Virus record (IMG/VR): IMGVR_UViG_3300015050_000363
Coordinates: 1 to 37,213 of that record
Origin: a virus
Lineage: Duplodnaviria > Caudoviricetes
Direction: 5' to 3' (one strand)
DNA: 37,213 nt
Shown one piece after another: positions 8,357-14,955 of this stretch; position 1 is the stretch's first letter; every line of letters begins with the position of its first letter. The notes below the pieces were generated by a model. It was given only the letters and a program-made list of their open reading frames with translations, was not told the origin of the DNA and searched no databases. The position numbers were made by a program, and so were the translations under genes.

Positions 8357-8361
8357 GCGTG

Positions 8362-8422
8362 AACACGGCTAGCTTGGAAGTCATGAGCCAAGCGAAAAGC
8401 GAACTCCCCGCCTGCCGTTGTT
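8362..8422 (+). ncRNA. Candidate structured cis-regulatory RNA (three-way junction) upstream of the HNH gene
   Basis: P1 AACACGGC/GCCGTTGTT, P2 GCTTGG/CCAAGC, GAAAA linker, P3 GCG/CGC with loop AACTCCC. Confidence 0.55.
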
Positions 8423-8453
8423 TTCTTTCAGGGAGCGACGCGGAGTTAAACCA

Positions 8454-8921
8454 ATGGATCAAATAAGGCTGAAAGAGCTGTTGCATTACTGCCCCCTGAC
8501 GGGTGCGTTTAGTTGGCGTGGTACCGGCAAGCCGGCGGGCTCAAGTAAAGGCCACAGATACACGCGCATTACGATTTCCGGGAAACACCACTACGCTCAT
8601 CGGCTTGCGTGGGTGTACGTTTACGGAGATGCGCCGACGCTGCATATCGACCACATAAACCGAGACTCAACAGACAACAGGCTAGAGAATTTGCGCCAAG
8701 TGAATCGGAGTCAAAACGGCCAAAACTCAAAACTGTCTTCCGCTAATTCAAGCGGGTACCGCGGCGTTTCTATCGATAAACGTAGAAATAAATGGGTCGC
8801 GTACATAAATTTAGACCACAGGAAAAAGCACCTTGGCTGCTTTGACAACATCGCCGACGCGGCGCGGGCATATGCTACTGCCGCTGCAAAAATTCACACG
8901 CACAATCCCGAGGCAGCATGA
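8454..8921 (+). CDS. HNH homing endonuclease with AP2 DNA-binding domain
   Basis: AHRLAW...DHINR...DNRLENLR; SGYRGVS...KW.A.I...HLG.F. Confidence 0.92.
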   Translation: MDQIRLKELLHYCPLTGAFSWRGTGKPAGSSKGHRYTRITISGKHHYAHRLAWVYVYGDAPTLHIDHINRDSTDNRLENLRQVNRSQNGQNSKLSSANSSGYRGVSIDKRRNKWVAYINLDHRKKHLGCFDNIADAARAYATAAAKIHTHNPEAA

Positions 8922-11230
8922 TGAATTTTATTGAATACCTGGCCAGCTTGGCCCCCGAGGGCGAGACCGCCCTTATCGTCCGCCAGACCCCCCGCCGGGT
9001 GGAGGGCGAGTTGCAGTTCCACGCCGATGGCGCGGTCAAGGCCACCTGGCCTGCGTTCCTGCCGACAAAGGGTGTCAAGGACGGCGAGGCTTGGTTCGGC
9101 AACACCGCCAGCTTCATCATCGACCGTTTCGTTGACGGCAAGCCGTCGGCTAGCGCCGCGTGCTGCGAGTACGTCTTGGTGATGATGCTGGACGACGTTG
9201 GCACCAAGAGCAAGACGCCTGACCTGCCGCCGACTTGGATCATGGAGACCTCGCCGGGGAACTATCAGTGGGGCTATGCGTTCAGCGAACAGCCGACGAA
9301 GCTGGAGTTCGCCGGCGCGATCAAGGCTATCGCGTTGGCGGGCTACACCGACCCCGGCGCCTGTAACCCCGTCCGCAACTTCCGCCTGCCGGGATCCGTC
9401 AACCTGAAGCCTGGCCGCGACGGCTTCGCTGCTCAGTTGGTCGAGTTCCACCCCGAGCGGGATTACACACTGTCCCATATCTGTGACAGTCTCGGCGTCA
9501 CCCCCGAGACGGTCGAGTCGCTCGGCCCGCGCCCCGTGCGCCTGTCCGACGATGGCGCTGATGATGTCGCCGCTTGGCTGTCCGAGCAGGGTTTGGTCCT
9601 GTCCCGTCCGAACCCCGAGGGCTGGATGGGCGTCCAGTGCCCCAACGCCGCCTCGCATACTGACGGCAACCCCGAGGGCCGCTACCTGCCGTCCGGGCGG
9701 GCGTACTGCTGTCTCCACTCTCATTGTGTTGACCTGGGCTCGTCGTGGTTCCTCGAGTGGGTCGCCACCAACGGTGGCCCCCGGCACACGCCTGGCCTGC
9801 GCGACGAGTTGCTTCAGCAGGCTATGGCCGCCACCATCGGGCGCCTGACGCCGCCGCCTGCGCTGGCTGGCGCTGCCGCCGCCGTGGTCGCTGAGGTTGA
9901 CCGCGCCGAGGCCGCCCGTACTGAGAAGGCCGACTGGTGGGCCCGCTTCGCCTATGTCGTTTCGGATGATGCGTTCTTTGATATGCGCGAGCGCCGCCAG
10001 TTCACGCGGTCCAACTTCAACGCCCTGTTCCGGCATGTCAGTTGCCGGTCGATCCACGGCAAGAACCCCAAGATCGAAGCGTCGGTCTGCTATGACGAGC
10101 ACCGGCAGGACAAGGGCGGGCGGGTGCTGGACGGTATCGCATACGCCCCCGGCGAGTCGGTCCTCGTCGCTCGTTCCGGTGGCGTGTACGGAAATAAGTG
10201 GCAGGACGGTCGCCCCCCGGTTGCCCGCTCTGCTGGCGCGGATGTGTCGCTGTGGCTGGCGCACGCCGAGAAGATGATCCCGGACGCTGCTGAACGTGAG
10301 CACGTATTTAACATCATGGCATGGAAGGTCCAGCACCCCGGCACCAAAATTAATCACGGTGTCCTGCACGCCGGCCGACCTGGCGCGGGCAAGGACTCGC
10401 TCTGGACCCCGTTCCTGTGGGCCATTGGCGGCGAGGGGCGCACTAACGTGGCGACCGTCCGCAACGAGGAGATCCACTCCCAGTGGGGCTATGCTTTCGA
10501 GTCTGAGGTGTTGGTCCTGAACGAGTTGCGCCAGACTGAGGCCAGTGACCGCCGCGCCCTTGAGAACCGACTCAAGCCCTTGCTCGCTGCGCCCCCTGAC
10601 CTGATCTCGATTCAGCGCAAGGGCCTGCACCCCTACGACGCGGCGAACAAGCTCCTCGTTCTGGCGTTCTCCAACGAACGCGCCGCTATCACCTTGCCCT
10701 CCGACGATAGGCGGTGGCTCGTCCTATGGTCCGAGGCGTCCATCATGCCGCCCGTCGAGGCCAAAGCATTATGGGACTGGTACGGGGCCGGTGGCCTGGC
10801 GGCGACCGCCGCCTGGCTGCACGCCCGGGACGTCACCCAGTGGAACCCCGGTGCGCCCCCGCTGATGACGGAAGCAAAGCTCATCATGCTGGGCGCCGGT
10901 ATGTCCCCCGCCGAATCGTGGCTGATGACCCAGTTGAACGACCGTGCCGGTCCGTTTGCGCGTGGCGTGGTTGGTGCCCCTTGGCAGAGCGTGGTAGAGG
11001 AACTGCAACCCAGCGCCCCTGCGGCCGTGCGGCTGCACGTTCAGGCTCTGCTGCACGCGTTCAGGGAGGCCGGATGGCACGATCTCGGCTTGTGCCACGC
11101 CCGCGAGGCTAGGACCAAGCGACACTGCTACGCCGCGCCTGATTTCGTTGGGTCTAAGTCTGACGCCCGCCGGGTGGTTGACCTTCCCGCACCCTCTGCC
11201 GCTGAGATCATCGCCCGCGTGCGAGGGTAA
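8918..11230 (+). CDS. Primase-helicase (RepB-type primase plus SF3-like helicase)
   Basis: LDDVGTK...PTWIMETSPGNYQWGY primase motifs; CPN...H...C.H..C zinc site; GRPGAGKD Walker A, VLNE, FSN. Confidence 0.88.
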   Translation: MMNFIEYLASLAPEGETALIVRQTPRRVEGELQFHADGAVKATWPAFLPTKGVKDGEAWFGNTASFIIDRFVDGKPSASAACCEYVLVMMLDDVGTKSKTPDLPPTWIMETSPGNYQWGYAFSEQPTKLEFAGAIKAIALAGYTDPGACNPVRNFRLPGSVNLKPGRDGFAAQLVEFHPERDYTLSHICDSLGVTPETVESLGPRPVRLSDDGADDVAAWLSEQGLVLSRPNPEGWMGVQCPNAASHTDGNPEGRYLPSGRAYCCLHSHCVDLGSSWFLEWVATNGGPRHTPGLRDELLQQAMAATIGRLTPPPALAGAAAAVVAEVDRAEAARTEKADWWARFAYVVSDDAFFDMRERRQFTRSNFNALFRHVSCRSIHGKNPKIEASVCYDEHRQDKGGRVLDGIAYAPGESVLVARSGGVYGNKWQDGRPPVARSAGADVSLWLAHAEKMIPDAAEREHVFNIMAWKVQHPGTKINHGVLHAGRPGAGKDSLWTPFLWAIGGEGRTNVATVRNEEIHSQWGYAFESEVLVLNELRQTEASDRRALENRLKPLLAAPPDLISIQRKGLHPYDAANKLLVLAFSNERAAITLPSDDRRWLVLWSEASIMPPVEAKALWDWYGAGGLAATAAWLHARDVTQWNPGAPPLMTEAKLIMLGAGMSPAESWLMTQLNDRAGPFARGVVGAPWQSVVEELQPSAPAAVRLHVQALLHAFREAGWHDLGLCHAREARTKRHCYAAPDFVGSKSDARRVVDLPAPSAAEIIARVRG

Positions 11231-11254
11231 AAAAAAGCCCCCGCGAACGGGGGC
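11229..11254 (-). terminator. Intrinsic terminator of the leftward early operon
   Basis: Minus strand GCCCCCG-TTCG-CGGGGGC followed by T8. Confidence 0.85.
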
Positions 11255-11272
11255 GATCAAGGGAGGGGTCTA

Positions 11273-11335
11273 CTATAGATCAAGTAGAGTGATCAGAACA
11301 AGCGCCGCGATAGCGGCTAGCGCCGCCCAGATCAT
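11273..11335 (-). CDS. 20-aa hydrophobic peptide MIWAALAAIAALVLITLLDL
   Basis: ATGA-coupled to the upstream gene; ends in tandem TAG TAG just before the terminator. Confidence 0.55.
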   Translation of the reverse strand: MIWAALAAIAALVLITLLDL

Positions 11336-11643
11336 TCTATGGTCTCGGTAGTGTCGAGCCCTTGGTATTCCGCCGCGGGAGCGGCGGGGAGCGGGACGTA
11401 TAACGCCAGGTGGTTGCCCTTGGGGTAGGCGGGCAAGGCTCGTTTGTCGCTGTTGAGCTCAAAGTAGCGCTGCACATAGTCGGCTGTCGACGTCACGCCG
11501 GCCACATAGGCCGGGAACAGCCGCTTGTCGCTCCGTCCTAGGGCGGGCTTCCGCATGGGCTTGATGGGCCGCGTTAGGGTCTCAGCGGCGGCGCTGCCGG
11601 GCTTGGGGGTGTAGGTGGTGCCTGAGATCGTGATGGTCTGCAT
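11332..11643 (-). CDS. Hypothetical protein
   Basis: GGAGG RBS; operon context. Confidence 0.8.
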   Translation of the reverse strand: MQTITISGTTYTPKPGSAAAETLTRPIKPMRKPALGRSDKRLFPAYVAGVTSTADYVQRYFELNSDKRALPAYPKGNHLALYVPLPAAPAAEYQGLDTTETIE

Positions 11644-11646
11644 GGT

Positions 11647-11934
11647 TTAGGCCTCCGGGGTGTAGGTGGCGCGGGCGATAGCAGCGCGGCACTGGTCTAG
11701 CAGGGCGCGGCCTGAGTCAGAGAACTGGAGTCTATCGGCCAGTGCGTGGCCCTTTACGTCCAGCGACATAAGGGCGCGGAGCGCGGCCAGCAACGCGGGA
11801 GCGTTGGCAATCAAACTGAGATCGGCAGCACTGGCGCCACGGACGTCACAGATGCTATCGCCCTCATCCGTTACGATGGCTTCGGTGGTGTCGTCGATAC
11901 GGGCATACAGCCACGGTCCAGGTGTGTGTGTCAC
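11647..11934 (-). CDS. Hypothetical phage protein (HTPGPW...LIANAP.LL.AL type)
   Basis: GGAG RBS with GTG start; recurrent phage motif. Confidence 0.85.
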   Translation of the reverse strand: MTHTPGPWLYARIDDTTEAIVTDEGDSICDVRGASAADLSLIANAPALLAALRALMSLDVKGHALADRLQFSDSGRALLDQCRAAIARATYTPEA

Positions 11935-11937
11935 GGT

Positions 11938-12129
11938 TTAATTCTCCGGAAGCAGTTTGTTGGCATACCATTGAGCGGATTCAGGGTTTGAATAGACCCT
12001 GCGCTCGATTTCGTTTCCTGAATCGGTATCGGTAAACTGCACAATGAATCGGCCGGTAGGCCAATCGGCAGTTACCGTGACGGCTAACCCGTCAGACGGG
12101 TTAGCGCGGGAAAAGATAATGTCTGGCAT
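11938..12129 (-). CDS. Hypothetical protein (MPDIIFSRANPSDG...)
   Basis: Start moved to ATG 12129 behind GGAGG. Confidence 0.75.
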   Translation of the reverse strand: MPDIIFSRANPSDGLAVTVTADWPTGRFIVQFTDTDSGNEIERRVYSNPESAQWYANKLLPEN

Positions 12130-12131
12130 GG

Positions 12132-12869
12132 TCAGATCCTCCGGATTGAGATAACGCGGTTCTTGTGCCCTAAGGCATGGTCGGCGATGACGATAGAGCG
12201 GGCTTGCTTCGACGTGCCCCCGCACAGCATACAGTCTGCGCAGAGCGCTTTCTTACCGCCCTCAGCACTAGCGGGGCAGGTCGTTTCCATCGGCGCCTTG
12301 TCTACGCCTACCGACACCCGAAAGTACCGCATCCCCATGTCGGTCGCTTGTCGGGCCTCTGCGGCAGTGTCGGCCGAAGCCATCACCAGCGGCGCCCATG
12401 CGGCAACATCGAACCCGACCGATTGCCATTGGTGCGAGTAGCCGACATGGCCAGCAGCGTAGGACACTAGTTCACGCCAGAGCCCGACCGGTGCCGCAGC
12501 TGGATCGCCATAGGTGCCGAGCCGCAGCCGGCGCCCTAGTAGTGCTGCAGCGACCTGCGCCCGGGTGGTGGCGCGCGCATAGGATCCGCGCCGATAGGCG
12601 CGATAGACCGCTAGGACACTGCGGCCAACGTTGACGTAACAAGGGGGCTTGCCGCTAACGCGGGCCAGCAGGGGGCGATGCTCACACATGCCACAGATGC
12701 TGGCATCGGCGCCTGACTGCAGCGCTTGCACTGGGTCGACATCGGCCCGGATGATGAAGCTCTGCACTAGGTCACCGGTTTTCGCGTTAGCTGACGCGGT
12801 TTTCAAGCCGGTGAGGATGACGACGATCGGCCGGCCGTCGATGGAAGATGGACCCTCGTAGACGATCAC
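12132..12869 (-). CDS. Cys-rich phage protein, Gp88-like (possible Fe-S / radical-SAM-related fold)
   Basis: NAKTG, CGMC...CYV, RLGTYGD, GYSH, ASAD, CPA...CADCMLC. Confidence 0.6.
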   Translation of the reverse strand: MIVYEGPSSIDGRPIVVILTGLKTASANAKTGDLVQSFIIRADVDPVQALQSGADASICGMCEHRPLLARVSGKPPCYVNVGRSVLAVYRAYRRGSYARATTRAQVAAALLGRRLRLGTYGDPAAAPVGLWRELVSYAAGHVGYSHQWQSVGFDVAAWAPLVMASADTAAEARQATDMGMRYFRVSVGVDKAPMETTCPASAEGGKKALCADCMLCGGTSKQARSIVIADHALGHKNRVISIRRI

Positions 12870-12958
12870 AGTAGCACCCCCATGCCGTAGCTAAGTAGGA
12901 CGAACAGCGCAGCAGCGATCGCCACTGCGGTGAGGATGTCTTTCAAGTGGTCGGTCAT
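12866..12958 (-). CDS. 30-aa membrane peptide MTDHLKDILTAVAIAAALFVLLSYGMGVLL
   Basis: AAGGAG RBS; GTGA overlap with the next gene. Confidence 0.75.
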   Translation of the reverse strand: MTDHLKDILTAVAIAAALFVLLSYGMGVLL

Positions 12959-12983
12959 GGTCGGGTCTCCTTTAGATGGTGGT

Positions 12984-13003
12984 GGCGCCCCGTGAGGGGC
13001 GCC
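12984..13003. other. Intergenic GC hairpin
   Basis: GGCGCCCC-GTGA-GGGGCGCC with no U tract. Confidence 0.6.
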
Positions 13004-13009
13004 GGGGGG

Positions 13010-13195
13010 TTAGATGATCCAGTCGGGGCTAGCGGTGACACCGTGCGCTTCAGCTAACGCGAGCATCTCGGCTTTCGTCTTGCTGCTGCGAGCGCCGCGG
13101 TGCAACGCCGAGAAAGCGCGGGCGATGTAGTCGGCGCCGAGGTGCGCGCCGTATTGAATGGTCTTGCTGATCTCGCGGGCTTCAGACTTGGTCAT
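13010..13195 (-). CDS. Hypothetical protein
   Basis: GGAG RBS; first gene after a promoter. Confidence 0.8.
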   Translation of the reverse strand: MTKSEAREISKTIQYGAHLGADYIARAFSALHRGARSSKTKAEMLALAEAHGVTASPDWII

Positions 13196-13226
13196 TACGT
13201 TCTCCGGTTTGCGTTGGGGTGAAAGG

Positions 13227-13256
13227 ACTGTAAGGCAATGCCGTTATCCTAGTCAA
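13227..13256 (-). promoter_or_regulatory. Sigma70 early promoter
   Basis: TTGACT-18-TACAGT. Confidence 0.6.
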
Positions 13257-13277
13257 GTGTGTGGGCATTGTGGGCAT

Positions 13278-13493
13278 TCACGCGATGCGCCAAACGCGGA
13301 TCTGGCCGTCAACGCAGCGCCGCACGGTGAATTTCTTGCCGTGGTTAGCGCCGACTTGATGCGCAGCCTTATTGATTAGGTTGAAGTTCGCATCAGCGGG
13401 AAAGACCGCGCAGTCTTTCACGGCCATGCCGCTGAACGGGTACTTGACGCGGGGACGGCTGGCGGGAAGCGGATCGTTGGTGAGTGTGAACAT
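13278..13493 (-). CDS. Small putative DNA-binding protein (KYPF..M.V.D...IRVWRIA)
   Basis: GAGGA RBS; recurrent small phage protein motif. Confidence 0.75.
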   Translation of the reverse strand: MFTLTNDPLPASRPRVKYPFSGMAVKDCAVFPADANFNLINKAAHQVGANHGKKFTVRRCVDGQIRVWRIA

Positions 13494-13520
13494 GGTGGTC
13501 CTCTGGTTGGTGGAATGCCC

Positions 13521-13549
13521 ACTATACACAATGATCTATCGACAGTCAA
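13521..13549 (-). promoter_or_regulatory. Strong sigma70 promoter
   Basis: TTGACT-17-TATAGT. Confidence 0.75.
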
Positions 13550-13595
13550 CGTGGGCGCGATGTGGCGCGGATGTGGCGCGGCTCTGCCATAGGGG

Positions 13596-13886
13596 GTGGG
13601 CGGTTGTCGTTGGTTGTTTATTAGACCCTTAAGAAAAAGAAATATACTGTATATATATACAGTACACACGTACGGCCAGCGATGCTGGTGGGTGGCGCTA
13701 CAACCGCCCACATTTTCGCTACCGCGTGGTGTGCGCGTCAAACACCCCGCAGACAGCACATCGACCATGTGTGGACGTGGCGACAACCGCCCACATGCTT
13801 GATGGCCGGTGCGATGTGTGTGGACGTGGCGACAACCGCCCACATCCGGCTGCGGTCTGCGTGGACGTGGCGACAACCGCCCACAT
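13596..13886. repeat. Repeat cluster: three exact GTGGACGTGGCGACAACCGCCCACAT copies plus degenerate and inverted partial copies (origin or structured-RNA candidate)
   Basis: Copies at 13771-13796, 13820-13845, 13861-13886; degenerate 13692-13713; inverted 14-mer 13596-13609. Confidence 0.9.
13645..13664. promoter_or_regulatory. LexA SOS box, perfect consensus TACTGTATATATATACAGTA
   Basis: Perfect 20-bp palindrome, CTGT-N8-ACAG, identical to the E. coli consensus. Confidence 0.75.
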
Positions 13887-14005
13887 GCTGGCGCCTGGCA
13901 GATGTAGGTGAGCGCACACTACCCCCCGGGTAGGGCCGACGCGACAGGGCCAACGGCTACGAAGGTATAGCAAGAAAAATTTATTTTTTGCTATACACTC
14001 AAAGC

Positions 14006-14548
14006 ATGTTCAAAAGTTTGCCCCTATCTGTCAGGGATGTGCGCGCCACCGAGGCCGTACTGAACCGCGTATACGACGCAGCCAAGCGAGGCCTGAAGGG
14101 CGACACACTGGCGCTAGCAGCAGGGCTGCTGCCCAGCGAGTACCGGCGCTTGCGTGAGTTGGATCCCATCGCGGAGTTGGCCGAACTGAAAGGCCGCGCT
14201 GACGGCGAACTCAGTATGTCGAACAAACTACACGAGGCGGCTGAGGCGGGCGACTCCAAGGCGGCGCTGGAAATACTGAAGCACGCCCACGGCTGGGTTG
14301 CCAAGCAACAGGTGCAAATCGACGTAGCGCAGCAGATCAGTATCACGGCTGCGCTGGAGGCCGCGCAGCGGCGCGTAGAGACGCTTATAATTGACGAAGC
14401 CCAAGAGCGCGCCAACGCCCCTAGGCTTCTAACCAACAACCGTGAAAAGGACGGCAATGGCTACACTGATTTTGACACAAGCGCGGCTAAAGACGTTGCT
14501 GAACTACGACCCAAACACAGGCGTGTTCACCCGCAAGATAAAAGTTAA
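14006..14548 (+). CDS. terS: Terminase small subunit
   Basis: First gene of the late operon, upstream of TerL; helical, with A..GD..AA...LK...GW motif. Confidence 0.75.
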   Translation: MFKSLPLSVRDVRATEAVLNRVYDAAKRGLKGDTLALAAGLLPSEYRRLRELDPIAELAELKGRADGELSMSNKLHEAAEAGDSKAALEILKHAHGWVAKQQVQIDVAQQISITAALEAAQRRVETLIIDEAQERANAPRLLTNNREKDGNGYTDFDTSAAKDVAELRPKHRRVHPQDKS

Positions 14549-14954
14549 GATGCAGCCTGTCGGCTCTGTAGCTGGCACTTCAGGTACACGCGGATACTTG
14601 CAGTGCAACATTGACGGCAAACCGTACAAGATGCATCGGCTGGCGTGGCTGTATGTTTATGGTGTGTGGCCCGAACACCAGCTTGACCACATCAACCACA
14701 ACACGGCGGACAACCGCATCAGCAACCTGCGTGATATTACTTGCGCGCACAACCACCAAAATAGAGCCCGGCGGACTAAAAGCGCGTCGGGCTATCTTGG
14801 GGTGACATGGCACAAACGCGATTTACGTTGGCAAGCGCATATAGAAGTTGACGGTAAATCGCACCACCTAGGATATTACCCGGCGCTACCGGACGCTATC
14901 AGCGCCCGTCTTGCGGGAGAACGTCAGTACCACACGCAGCGACCGAGGGTCTAG
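14457..14954 (+). CDS. HNH homing endonuclease with AP2 domain
   Basis: YDPNTGVF, HRLAWLY, DHINH...DNRISNLR, SGYLGV.W, HLGYY. Confidence 0.92.
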   Translation: MATLILTQARLKTLLNYDPNTGVFTRKIKVKMQPVGSVAGTSGTRGYLQCNIDGKPYKMHRLAWLYVYGVWPEHQLDHINHNTADNRISNLRDITCAHNHQNRARRTKSASGYLGVTWHKRDLRWQAHIEVDGKSHHLGYYPALPDAISARLAGERQYHTQRPRV

Positions 14955-14955
14955 A

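Noticed and set aside
6407-8921. Group I intron or intein in the polymerase
   Set aside because: The pol ORF is uninterrupted and of normal length; the HNH gene is free-standing
8894-10630. 578-aa minus-strand ORF
   Set aside because: Antisense shadow of the GC-rich primase-helicase, with no motifs
13771-13886. Mini-CRISPR array (three 26-bp repeats, Cas4-like gene in the genome)
   Set aside because: Spacers are 23 and 15 bp, too short and unequal, and pair with the local leader; an inverted partial copy exists; no other cas genes
13771-13886. CsrA/RsmA sponge RNA, from the repeated GGA
   Set aside because: The GGA is in a GUGGAC context within stems, not in ANGGA loops
13418-13973. Several ORFs over the repeat region
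   Set aside because: Repeat-derived translations with no RBS; region treated as non-coding
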